DNA of 56,224 nucleotides, the filler included, from Bipalium vagum (taxonomy: Eukaryota), in NCBI GenBank assembly GCA_037834085.1. It is 3 parts of 3 records of this genome, joined end to end, with 100 filler letters (N's around TTAATTAATTAA, not from the genome) between each part and the next. Parts side by side here need not be neighbours in the genome. Positions count along the whole stretch, not along the records: positions 17,194 to 40,439 come from JBBMKC010211816.1; positions 40,540 to 56,224 come from JBBMKC010151691.1; 1 more part is not named here. One strand, given 5' to 3'. How positions within the stretch are numbered: position 1 is the first letter of the stretch; every line of letters begins with the position of its first letter. The position numbers and the translations under genes were made by a program. This document shows, one piece after another, positions 37,710 to 50,700 of the stretch. The notes below the pieces were generated by a model. It was not told where the DNA came from and did not search any database. It was given only the letters and a program-made list of their open reading frames with translations.

Positions 37710-38988
37710 CATGGACGACCTTGTGGATGAACAATATTTTATCATTTTTATTTTTCTTTTCATTTACCCACGATTGATTTTTTCATTTGTGATATTTATT
37801 TATGGTTTTCCTCTTTCGTCATTATTTTTCTTATTATTAAAGTAATAAAAACAAAAGTAATGGAAATAAAATAAAATTTATTTTTATCGATATTTATTAT
37901 TATTATTATTGTATTTATTATTATTATTTTTATTATTTATTTTTATTATTGATATTTTTCTAAAACAAACTACGTTACCTTAGTTTACTTTATTTCGAAT
38001 CTTAGAACATTCATTTGTTATACTACCTTTAAAGAAGTTGGTGAGCCCAAATATAGGCTTTTTCTATAGTTAGCAATTAATATTTTCGAGAATAAGTCTC
38101 GCAGTAAACGTCGTAGCAAACACTCACACATCTCAAATAAATAATTATTATCAGAAATAAAATTATTATTATGTTATACAGTTAAAGTTGTCTATAATGA
38201 ACACCAGAAAGCAAAAAAATGATGGCCATAAACTGTGTTTTAATGAACCAAAGATTTTGAGTGGTTATATTTTAATCAATCCAAAAAAATTATTATTAAA
38301 CATCGCAGGGTCGTATCTTTGGCTATCCCAACATTTTTAAAATCCTCCACCAGAACTCATTGGAACCTTAAGCTGTGGTATGTGGTTTGCTTTATTAAAG
38401 ACTTCAATATATTTCTATTGGATGGTTTCTGTTTTGATATTATTTCATTGATCTATTTTCGGGAGAAACACGGTAATCGTGTGTTTGTTCAAATTGTCCA
38501 AATTAATCAATTTATAAGCAAACAATCTTTGATTTTGGTACATTTACATCAAAATTAAACTTATTTAATATTCCGAAATAATTTTTTATCTTTTAATAAT
38601 TTTTTTCTTTTAAAAATTGATTATTATTTTCCTTTTAATTTCGCCTTACCGTTTCTGCAGGCTAGTACTGTTTTGCATTCGCAGCAAAATTTTAAAAGGT
38701 TCATAAATATTTCCAGGTTCACTTTTGAATCTTGAAATTTATTTTTCAACGAATCCACAGTACCACTGTATTTGGACCACTTTTTAAATTGTCTCTGTTT
38801 TTTGAGTGAATGTTTCTTCGTTATCTCCTTAAAATGTTCCTAAAAAAGAAAAGATTCTCGAAAATAAAACTGTGTATTTCAATTCAAAGAATAATGATCT
38901 TAAGGTAAAAAAAATATTGCATAACAGTAAAAATATTTTAAAATAAAGTCTGTGCAAAGATCACTTTTCAAAGATCATCCAACTATTA

Positions 38989-40017
38989 TCATTCATCGAC
39001 AGACCACATCCCATCGTTCTCGTAATATTCTGTCTCATTACCGGTTCGCTTTCGAGTCAAATGTATTTCTTTCACTTCAAAAGTACCAAAATCAAAATCC
39101 ATAAGGTTATTAAAATTGGAAATGTCAAAGTGTTCGATTTTCTTCCCATCATATACGGTGAACTCGGTGTTCATCAGTATCATGTGGAAGTCCAACATGG
39201 TCTTGTTCCGCTCCGATAAAATTTTCTCCTTTATCAGATAACGATCCAACCTATTCCCAAGATCTACCAATCGACCTTGGTCTTCATCTTCGGTGGGCTG
39301 AAGAAATATTAATTTTAATCGAAAAAATCAGTAAGCGATTTTTAATTATCATCACAATCTTTACCGTTGTGACCATCCACGAAACCTTACTGGCATCATC
39401 ACTGTCAACCCTCAGCCCTCTCATATGAATTTTGAAGGGAGCCCTAAAGAGATCACTGTTTTCTTTTTTGAACAAGATCATCTTTTCCACAACACTATCG
39501 ATTGCTCCCTGGTCAGGAGGCGATAGCTTGCCCAGCTTTAGGTGCAATTTGTGAGGCATTCTGAACATCTGCTCGGTAATACCACTGTCTACCTTGCAGT
39601 TCCGTAACATGGTCTCTTTGAAGACTAAATATCGATCTATGAATTCCCAGTTCTGCACAGGAATCGTGAACACATGAGAGGTAGACGAATCGATCCGGAA
39701 GATGATCTCATGCAACGCTTTATAAATTGATTCATGAGATTTTCCCTTTATGTTCACTACACAGCCATGTCTCGGGATGATAATATCGGTTTTGGTATTA
39801 GACTTGATCTCTCTAATCACACTGCCCTTTTTCCCGATTATGCAACCATACAATTTAGGATTTATAGTCACTCCACAAGTATAATACCCAATGCAATCAT
39901 TGATCTCCAAACTGGTCAAATCACAAATGCAAACGTCCATCTGATTCTGGTAAGAGTAATGATCGATAAAAATCAATTGTGCAAAAAACTTATTACTTGA
40001 TTTTTATCGATTTGCAT
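38989..40017 (-). CDS. ASCC1: ASCC1-like protein (KH domain + 2H phosphoesterase/AKAP7-like domain), divergent, ~303 aa, 3 exons
   Basis: Exons 40017-39997, 39946-39365 and 39297-38989 (introns 50 and 67 nt, in phase). KH GxxG loop YGCIIGKKGSVIREIKSNTKTDIIIPR, followed by SHVFTIP, PHKLHLKLG, HMRGL, FHMILMNT and FDFGTFEVKEIHL, collinear with ASCC1. The first micro-exon is less certain. Confidence 0.85.
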
Positions 40018-40439
40018 TTTTGAAATAAAAGTTTAAAATTTTCAGTAAATTAGTTTACATAACTTAAACAAAAATTTGTTCATTAATAAATCACGAAATA
40101 CGGTTTCTAACGGTTTTAACATAATATTATATATAAACTAACATTTTCATTATATATTTTCAAATAATATAGAATTTTTTCAAACGTTCCATAAAAAAAT
40201 TATTTTATGATATATATAAATTAAACCGATAAATGATAAGAAATACAAATTGTATTGAATGCCTAAGGTGGCCAAGGGTCAAATACAATGAGCGAAAGGG
40301 AAACATCAAATCTCCAATTTCCAAATATAAAGACATGTGGAAAGTTCCAGTTGTCACTTTTATTGGCGACGAGAATAATTATTAACCTCGTTTGGTTAAT
40401 AAAGTTGTGTAATCAATGTTTTTTTGTTTTATTTTATTA

Positions 40440-40539
40440 NNNNNNNNNNNNNNNNNNNNNNNNNNNNNNNNNNNNNNNNNNNNTTAATTAATTAANNNNN
40501 NNNNNNNNNNNNNNNNNNNNNNNNNNNNNNNNNNNNNNN
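40440..40539. other. Artificial contig-joining spacer (44N-TTAATTAATTAA-44N)
   Basis: Identical to the spacer at 17094-17193. Confidence 0.97.
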
Positions 40540-40605
40540 ATTTTATTATTATATTTTATTATTATATTTTATTATTATATTTTATTATTATATTTTATTA
40601 TTTTA
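40540..40605. repeat. 13-nt tandem repeat (ATTTTATTATTAT)n at contig start
   Basis: About 5 copies visible. Confidence 0.85.
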
Positions 40606-42307
40606 TACAATATTATTATTTACTTATTATTTATTACTTAATTATTTTTTAATAAAATTAAAAAGAATTTTTGTTTTTAAGCCTTCGTAATTAGGCCACG
40701 AAATCCTGTCAAATTTACATTAGTTTTATTGTCAAATGTAACTGTTTTACAGTAGTTAAATATGTTCTGCTAAATTTGGCGTGTGATTCTTTATTTAAAT
40801 AATATTCATTTAATGAGTAATAGTATATAATAATAAAATTGAAAATAAAAAATAACTTATGACTCCTGGATATTATTATTAAAGTTATCTTTTTAATTAA
40901 TATTCATAAATGCAACCGAATTAAAATAAATAATAAAAAGTATGCCGTAAATGTGTTAAAATAGTACATAATTTGACTTTTAATGAAGCTGAATATTTTT
41001 TGCACAGAATTGCAATTAATTTTTTCCATCGATATTTACCATATTTTTATTTTATTTATATTTTTGAAAAATAAAATTACATAATTTCAGTAATTTTTTT
41101 ATTTCTTAATTTCTGCAAATTGAAAAGTTTTTAATTAAATTCATTTTTCAGTGCAATTAATGGACTTGAAAAAAAGATTTAATTAAAATTTAAAAACCAT
41201 TTATCCAACATAAATAAAATGCTATTTCTGGTATATTCTAACCAATGAAATTCGTTATTTAGAAAATAAATAAAATGTAACAGGAACATTTGGAAATATT
41301 TGCGTTTCGCTTAAATCTGAAAAAATATCTATTAATTAAAAAAGTATGAAGAATTCACATTAATTGACATGATCTAAAAACTATTTTCCATTAGCATAAT
41401 GAAAGCGGTCTCAGTCGAAAAAATAAGATTTGGAAGTAATAATGATTAATTGGACAACATTTATGTATAATTCCACTCTGAATTAATCAGTTTGTTTTAC
41501 TGAAGTTCATCAAGTGAGGTGAAACGAATGTGGAAATAAATATATGTACATAAAATATATAAAAATAATATAAAATAATATAATGATTATATAAATAGAA
41601 TATAAAATAGAATACAATTTATTGCATTTTGAAATAAATGATATAATTAAAATTATATAAATAAAATCTGAAATAAAAAAAATAATAAAATAAATAATAA
41701 TAAATATTAAATCTTATTTTATTAAATGAAGACTTGTGAAGTCTGAATTTTATTTTCAAGTTCTTAAAGTGTTAATTAGACTGTGAAATTGTGATCAAAC
41801 TTCATCAAGAATTCCTTTTGATTCTCTCTTTCTTCTATAGTCGTCTTGTAGTCTGCTCGAGACCCTTGTAACTTCCTGCAGTATTACAATACTGATGATA
41901 AAAAGAAGTTGATTCTCTTGATCAAGGATTGATTGAAGATAATGAGAAGATAATAATAATCTTTGCTTATATATTATCTCATTGTGTGAATACTGTTATT
42001 GTCCAGGTTACAGAAATTCCGATTTAAAACGAATCGCTAATCTAAAAAGGAAATTGTTAAGAAAAATGAATGAAAGGCTTCAAAGGCTTAATTTTTAGTT
42101 ACGGTGAAAGTCTGTTATTTAAAAAGAGTTATAAAGCTTACTGGAAAAGTATCAATATCGTGAAACATCCTGAGCGACAGCGTTAAGTAACGCTCTATAT
42201 TGAATTATTTTAAATTATTTGTATAATTTTTAATAATAAATCAAACTGTTTTCGTTAAGTTTTTATTTTATGAAATAAATAATATTTTTTTTATTATTAG
42301 TATATAT

Positions 42308-42740
42308 ATAAAGTTGTATCAAAAACTTCCGTGGTTTTAAAAAATAAATATTTTTAATAAAATTTCTTGAATAAACATGTCATTGTTTTTATTTTAATTA
42401 ATACTATAGTTGTTAGTTGAAAATTATTAATGTATGGGATTTACTACTGTTGCCACGAAAATAGCTATTTCTTATATTGAAGGAGAAGATGGCTTTGTCT
42501 ATAGTTTCAAATGGATTCAAAACAGAGATACTAATCTCATAGATAAACTTCTTCAAGGAAGACCTTCTGTGATAAAAAAAGGGGTTCTACACGATGCAAT
42601 AATTGATTACCTACATGCCTTCCCACCCGATTTATCCACGATGATTGGAAAATCGAAAGACACCATTAATCGATACCTGAGAAAACTTGAATTCAACTAT
42701 AAGTTACCTAGACTAGATCTGCATGAGTAAAAAGTAATAA
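42308..42740 (+). mobile_element. Mariner 5' fragment (TIR + N-terminal transposase)
   Basis: TIR-like TTGTATCAAAAACTTCCG. ORF has GRPS and TINRYLRKLEFNYKLPRLDLHE (decayed WVPHEL). Confidence 0.75.
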
Positions 42741-42869
42741 ATTTTTTTATACTTCTATTAAAAATCCACCATCCATACGAGATCAAAATCACCTAGATGC
42801 CTTACCTAGGTGGTCCTGGCTCATATTGCACATTACTCTGAGTTTGGTGACTTTCAGAGAATTAAAAGT

Positions 42870-43520
42870 AAATTTGGAAATGTTCATTGATCTCTTCTTC
42901 GATAAGTTTCAAATGAATTTAGGTCTGAGACGTTTGGAGGACAAATATCAGGAGTGACATGGTCATAAAAATTCTCAATAATCCATTTTTGAGTTAATTC
43001 AGCCATATGTGATGGAGCATAATCTTGATGGAAAACGTAAAGCCTTTCATTTCTCAATGAGTCAATCCAGGGCTTCATAATTGTTTTCAAAACCTTAATG
43101 CCGACTACAGAATTCACTCTAAGACCTTGTAATAAGAAGTTAGGATGTCCTTCAATGATCACTACCCCTAAAATCAAGATGGATGCTGGAAATTTATTTT
43201 TCATAATTGTTGGCAGGATCTTTAGATAATCATCGATCTTTTCTTCTACTTACTTTGTGATCTTCGTAGACGATTTTTGAGAAAAAAAAATAATAAAAAT
43301 TTGAGAAAAATCAGATCAGATCTTGTTTTGCTGAATTTTTGAATTTGGTTATGATAATTTTCGATTTGATTAGACAATTTATTTTGATATTTTGAGAGAA
43401 ATGTTCATTTCTTTAACACATATGATTTGTATTCCATATTTTCATCGACAGCATTTATGATTGTTCCCTCTAAGATCTGAAATTTTTGGCAAGGATTTCA
43501 TGGAATTTCTGGTGTTAACA
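42870..43520 (-). mobile_element. maT/DD37D-like transposase remnant
   Basis: KFPASILILGVV...GLRVNS...VLKTIMKPWI...YVFHQDYAPSH..ELTQKWIIENF...PPNVSDLNSFE. Confidence 0.85.
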
Positions 43521-43619
43521 GGTGATCAATAAAGAATGATAATTCTTTGAATGACATAGAAAATATAATGTTAAATTAACTCAATTAAAGGTATGTAATA
43601 AAGAATAAAACCAAAAATT

Positions 43620-44840
43620 ATTTAATTAAAACAGTTTATTATTAAACCTCCTCTGTACCAAAATTCTTTGTCGAAAGGAATCGATGGCTTGGCGAATGGC
43701 TGCAATTGTTTCTTTAATTTTTTCAATCAGTTTTGTACGATTTTCAAATTTTGTTGTTTTTAGTCTCTTTGATACTTCATTCCAAAAGAAATAATCAAGA
43801 GGACTAAGATCTGGTGAATTTGGTGGCAATGATTTGGAGCTATTATTGAAATACCAGTCTTTTGAATGCCGCAATCGTTTCCTTGTTACTGTGATAGCTA
43901 GCACCATCATGCTGATATATGAAATCGCTTCCAATGAGCTCCATTCCATATTTTGCAACGATTGGAAGTACATTTGATATACATTTGATATTTGCATAAA
44001 ATCTTGTAACAAAAGATGTTTTTGTCGGTAAGAATACAGATTTCTTCGGACCCTGATATGTCAGTCCAACTCATACCATCACTTTCAAAGGATATTTTTT
44101 CTTTGGAAAATGTCCACCTTTTAAATTTGCTTTCCTTCTAGACACAACATAAACGACGTCATTGTGTGGATTAAACTGACCATCTGCATCAAAAGATTTT
44201 TCATTACTAAACTTAATTTTGTTCACTGCCTGTTTACTAAATTTTTTTCTTAACCAACATGAACACGTCTTTCGTCTATTGATTTGGGACTCAGATAGAT
44301 AGGGAAATTTTATATTCCTGTAGCACTTAAATCCCAAGTCATTATGTATAATATTTCCAATAGTTCTTCTTGAACATTTGAAATCTAAAGCTAACTTTCT
44401 AGCTGATTTCTTTTTTTGTTTGTTGTAAGGTTTTTGTTAATTTTTTAATAAATGTTTTCGTTCTTACGGTTCCTTGACGTCAAGGGGAATTTTGATCAAG
44501 TAATGATTTTCACTCTTTTATTGCTAACCATCTATAAATAATGGACTTTGGTACGTTTTTGCTACAGCTTTATAAATTTCTTCCGTTGTTTTCCCATTTT
44601 CATAATGAGTTTTTATCAAATTTCTTACACAGCTCTCATACGTCATTATTAAAAAGAAAAAAAAAGATTTTGTTTTCAGCCATTATTATTTATATTAATT
44701 TAGTAAAACAAATTACATGCTCCATAAATATATTTAAGAAATCATATAAAAAATATCATAATATCATGTCTTCAAATACCTTAAGCATTTTGTAGTTTGT
44801 ATGGATTTTGAATTCAAGGAAACTTTTGATACAATCTAAT
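43620..44840 (-). mobile_element. Second maT/Tc1-like element, frameshifted, with 5' TIR
   Basis: KIKFSNEKSF...FNPHNDVVY and PPNSPDLSPLDYFFWNEV. TIR-like TATTAGATTGTATCAAAAGTTTCC at about 44817-44840. Confidence 0.85.
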
Positions 44841-45449
44841 AGAAACTGTACATGATAAATTAAAGGTTAAAGAAGTGAGTGACACTCAATAAACCCTTAA
44901 GTACGTGTTTCTTTTTAATGTCAAAAACTGTAAACTTTTCTCTTCTCTTCATGTTTAAATGACCATAGTGTTGGGATTTTGCTGACTATTAATCTTTTTT
45001 CTCCAAGTTGTGCTCTCCGGTTGATAGAATTAGTTAAAATACATAAAGATTTTATTTTATTGCAAAATATTTTTAATATCTCTACGAATGAAAAGAAGAG
45101 ATTAAAAATAATGATAATAATAAAAATTTATCTTGCGTTCTATTGTTTTATTGTTATAAATGCAGGATAACAATGAAAACTTGTTTCAGAAAGGTATGAA
45201 AGATAATTGTTTTGGCTACTTTATTGTTTTCTGTGTGGACTTAATTAAAATAGAAGTGACGGGCACAAAATATTTTTATGTATGATCTAGTTTGGTTGAG
45301 ATAAAAAATAATAATGTAAATTGAATGAATCTTTAAAATAATAAAATGAATGTGTTTTAATAAATTCTCATTAAAGTGTTTTTAAATCTCTGTCTCATCC
45401 TTTAGAGACAGATAAAAATAGTGGCTTTAAAGCTTTTTAAAGTAACATC

Positions 45450-46312
45450 ACGTAGAAATTGCGTTATCATGACGCAATATGACCTTTTCATGTCGTTGTG
45501 CCTATTCTGGTCTCTTTACTTCGAGTTCATTGCGTAACTGGAATAGTTGATGTTCGTAGTGATTGTACAGTATGCCGCGCTAATCGCACCAGATGCAGAG
45601 TAAGACCAACTTTCCGTGAATGTTCGGTTTCGGGGTCGATTTTGCCGATTTTGCCATCGAGGCTTACCCATGATATTTTCCTTTATGGATTATCATAGTG
45701 ATCATAGGTTGAAGAAAGCACTTGCTTTGGAATCTTTAAAACAAGATTTCAGCTTTTTTTTCCCTGCTCCATATTTCTTTCAATCAATTTATGAGGCACC
45801 CATTTCCCTTCCTTGGGGATCTTTTCCATGGCTTGGAAACGAAGTGAAACAGCTTGTTGTGTGAAGTTAAGGGAGGATGCTAATTTTTTGTGTTTGTTTA
45901 TCCAAAAAATTATGAAGTTCGTAGTCTTGTAACCTTTTTGATTGTCCTGGACGATCTTTGTTGTTGACGTCAAAATGACCCTATTTGAAATGCTAAACCA
46001 TTCATGGCAGGTTCTTATGAATGGAGAAGTATCGCTGAAAACTTCGGCGAGCATTTGGTGCGTGTCAGTGGCCTTATTCTTGAGATGAAAAAATAAAAGA
46101 AGGGCTTCCCGTAGATGACATTTTCCTGGAACAAACGTTAACATCTTTAAAGCTAAAATTAAAGTGCTCTATACCATTATATGAAAACTAATGCATAGAA
46201 AGCTTTTAATATGGCGAACATAATAAAACAAAGTTAATTAAACAAAAATATTGATTTATCGAAGTAACATAAAACTTCATAAAATTTCGAAAATTAACTT
46301 GCACACCTAATA
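45450..46312 (-). mobile_element. Mos1-like mariner element, degenerate and 3'-truncated
   Basis: MLTFVPGKCHLREALLLFFHLKNKATDTHQMLAEVF...TCHEWF...QQAVSLRF..MEKIPKEGKWVPHKL, close to the Mos1 N-terminus. TIR TATTAGGTGTGCAAGT at about 46297-46312. Confidence 0.92.
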
Positions 46313-47731
46313 ATAACATGTCAATTATTTACGTTTTTGACATTTTTTTCAATAAATTACTAGACTATTATTATTAACTATTATTAAGTAATTAAATTTT
46401 TTATTTTGTTTAAAAAGATAACTGATGTCAACTAATCACCAAACGCTTTAGAATAATGAAGTCTACCACATAAGAAATTATTGAATGTATTGTAAGTATT
46501 ACGTGCCAATGTAAAGAAAAAAGAAAAGAACCCAAAGAAGAAAAGCAGACCAAATGTAAATGGCAAGATGATCAAAGCACAAAGCAACGATTCCTGCTGA
46601 GGGACCATCATTCTATCAACTCTATTAGGTTTGCAATGTTTAGTGCCAGAAATGTCAAACAAATTTACTTCCAACCAAATTATTTTCAATAATATATAAT
46701 TATAAAAATCACTAAATTAATTAATTAATTAGACCAACAAATATAAATATTTCAACTGAAATGCAATTTGATTTTCTACTTAATAAGTCAGCAAAAAAAT
46801 TTTCAAAGCAAACTTTCCATGTTCTTTTTTGGGAAGAGATTTGTATATTTGGTGTTTTGTGAATTTAACATTTACAACTTTTAATAAATAATAATAAATA
46901 AATAATAAGAATGATAATAGGAATATAAATAATAATAATAATAAATAATAAATAATAAATAATAAATAAATACTAATAATTTAATCTATTTCTTGTACTT
47001 CTTATGCAGCTTTTCAATCTTATTCTTCTTTAATGATCATAATTTACCTATCTATTTATGTAATCCAAAAATAGTGATATCATTAATTAAAACAAAATTT
47101 TAAAAAATGAAAATATACAATTTAATTAAATACCAATTAAAATTGACGTGCCAAAAATAATAATATTTGAAAAGTAAGGAAACCATATTACTGGTGTGAG
47201 GGTTTATGTTACATTCTGCCATATTTATTAATTTATACTTTATAATTATAATTAATTGATTTATATTTTATAATAATACTATTTAAGGAGAGCTGGAATT
47301 GTGAAGCACAAGAAACAAAAATATATCAAGAACAATTTTAATTATATTTATAAAATTCTTGATAATGAAAAATTCTTAATAAAAACAAGCTGATTTTTCC
47401 AATTAATTAAATTTCCCTCGCCAACCGTCGATAATTCAATAAAAAGAAAACAGTTATGTGCCTAAGCTCCCTTTTCAACTATAAACTCTCTTTCTCTCTT
47501 TCTCTTATTTTTAATAAAAATTGAGTAAAAAGAAAAAGTTTTTGTCGAAAAAATTCATTTCTTGAATGGAACACTTGGTAATTTTTTCTCGGAAATTAAT
47601 TTCATTTAAACTGAAGACCAAGATGAAGTCTAAATACATTGACATGGTTAAAGAAACTGGTTAATTTAATTTTTACAATGATTTGAAAAATGTTTTGCAT
47701 CTGTCTGTATTGTGGGCAGTCTCTTCCCGCC

Positions 47732-50700
47732 TCAAACGTAGGTAACGGGATAGTCAGGGTGAGTAGCGGTTCCAGGAGTCTGTGCAGGAGGCATAGAGCT
47801 TAATTGGGTATATTCATGATCTCTTAATCCTTGCACTTCCAAATAGGAACCATCGGGACACATGTCTGCAGACCTGTAATGCGACAGTTGGTTTTTATTC
47901 CCATTGAGAATGAATTGGCTGTTAAATTTATCCAACCATGTGACTGATTGTTTATGGCTGGCTTTGTCGATGTTCGACAGCTGGTGAAAAGTGAATTTGG
48001 GCTCATCCTTATTGGTACGATGGAGAGATGGATCGTCACATTCTTCAATTGCAAGAAGAAAGTTGGGAAGAGTCACAGATTTCTTGGCAGAATTTCCATG
48101 ATAGAAATTGTTTTGTTTTTCTTTGTCGTTGTTCTCCAATGATTCTGGATTGATTGTCGAAATGGCCAAGGTTTCATCGATTTTTTCCGTGTTATTTGGG
48201 AATTTTTGACATATTGGTTTTGCAAATTCCATAGAACCATCAGTTGACCATGGGGGGTTGGGTCTACATAGGCCTAAACAGATGAGGAATATTAATTTAC
48301 TCTAAAAATTAAAATAAGCAAAGCTTTTAAAGGAGACAAAGAGACATACGAAAATGCTTTTTATTGAATATTATGCGACTTTTTAAAATTTTATTTAATT
48401 AATTTTATATAATTATTATTAATTTTAATATTATTATTTAATAATCTAGAGTTTACCAGTCTGAGCAAAGATTTGTATGTCAATTTTAATTATGTACGAG
48501 AAGATGATATTGAATATGGACAGCAAGAAATTAAGAAAGATCAAAAGGAAAATTGACTTACATAAGGATGTGAAACCTGAGAACACAAATCAATTGAGAC
48601 TTGATTAAGATATGATATATTGAATGAAAGAAAAGTATAAAAACAAAGAATTATAAGATCTTTCAAAATTGTTCTTTCTTTTCCTGCAACTCTGATTGCA
48701 GTTGAAAGAGCTTTTTCGGACTTACAATTTATATTGCTATTAGTTGGAAGAGATAGTATATGTTTAAGACAGCTTGTTGGAGGATATTTTGATCATCAAT
48801 TTAAACAACAAATTTGATAATATTTAATGTTAATTCAATGGTATGCTGATAAATTTACTAAATTTTAATAGGTTAGCAAATTTAGTAACACTTAACAGTG
48901 TGCAAAGTAACATATACTAACAAAGTAACCGATACTAAAAATATGAACTCCAATATTCACTGCCAAATCAAAGCTGTTAATTTTAATCAGTATTCGAACA
49001 AAACCCTAACTTTGTGTACATTAGGAAGGGTTTCTACCTTTGTTATTTATTCAAATTTACTTTAAAAGGATTTTAAATATTAAAAAATTTCTTGAGTGAA
49101 AATGGTTTTTAAAATCACTCTCAACATTTCTCTTATAATAAATAATGAGTTACAAATAAAAATACTATTATTATATTTTTCTGTTATTTTTCTTTTCTTC
49201 TTATTATAAAAGCAAACTCCATCAAATTACAATTAGCATAAAAATATTTCTTGGATGTTTTACAAAGACTCTCAAATGTTTAAATAAGATTCCACAATAA
49301 AACGAAGAAGATTAAAGACGAAGAGATTAGAAGACGAAAAATATAATTTTTATGATAAGATTTTAATAATGGAGGACTAAAATCCATGGAAAATAATAAT
49401 GATAATTATAATTCTTCAAACTATTATGTCAGTTCATTCGATCTATCAAAGGACTCCTTTCTCTTTGATATTTCACTTGTCTCACATTTTGTTTCATGTT
49501 TCTCATTATCTTTCTGTCATTTTAATTTGCCTGATTTCTTTTTCAGATGGAAAATATCCCATCAAATATTCATTTTTTTAATAAAATTTTGTCTGCTTAG
49601 GAATTCAACACACGTTCGAGACCGCATTCAAGACCAAAACAACATAAATTTCATGAGAAAAAATAAAATATAAATATAAAATAAAGAAAAAAAAATTGGC
49701 TTACTGGAGCTGGTGTAATACCTTTTAGCAAAAGCTGTGTTGAGTTGATTGACTGGTATCCGATTCATGGACTGGCAAATTGGCAAGTCGCAATTGTCCC
49801 CGTCCAGTTGCATGCGTGAATTTGGCTGAATATTGATATTTTTAATTAAATAAATAATTAATTAATTAATTAATATAGTAAATCATTCAATTATTTCGAA
49901 AATTAAAATTGTAACATAACACTGTAATTTCACAAAATGTATAAATTATAATTCTTAATTTATTTTTGGAAACGGAAAAAATCGTCTCATAACCGATAAA
50001 TGTCGACAAATTATATATTTATCTAATTTCATTAATTAATTTTTCTTTTATTTTTTCAATGAAGGCTAGAGCCAAGTATTCATTAATTTTTATGATTGTC
50101 TGTTTGTTCAGATTGTCTGATTGTTTGGAAAAGATTAGTTCAGTTAAACAACAAAAAATAATTTTGATTTCTTCTCTCACATTTTAGAGGATTCTATATC
50201 CCAATGATCGTAATACATTTTGATATGTTTAGAGTTGACTATTTGAAAAAAAACGGAAATTCGTCTTGATATTGAATTTATTTTCACCCTGCTCCTTTCT
50301 ATTGATGATAATTTCAACTGTTTACTTGTGGGCTCCTGTGTTGGTGGTGATATTTTCGTCGAATGTGTTCCAAATTCTCTAATATTTATGATGGACTCTC
50401 GTGAAAATGTTTCCCATTTTCTTATGATATTATTATAAATTCAAAAAAGTATTATTGATTTTATACTTTATAATATTGATTTTCGTCTTATTTCTTTAAT
50501 TAGTAATACAGTTTTACGCATAAAGATATTAAAAATAATATATTAAAATTTATTTTGGTTGTATGACGAATCTTTCATTAAAATTTGGAATAGATTATTA
50601 TTTATTTTCTGAATTCACAATCTTTTTTCTTCCTTTCTTAGAACCTATAATTTGTTCGTCGGTCCATTCTTGGTAACTTTATCCACAAAAGAATATGTAG

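Noticed and set aside
41800-42000. Possible minus-strand terminal exon ending ...KGILDEV*
   Set aside because: Short, with no recognisable motif and no partner exon.
46432-46689. ORF with an apparent transmembrane helix
   Set aside because: The Phe-rich run derives from A-rich sequence, probably the 3'UTR region of the -VTYV gene; no supporting splice structure.
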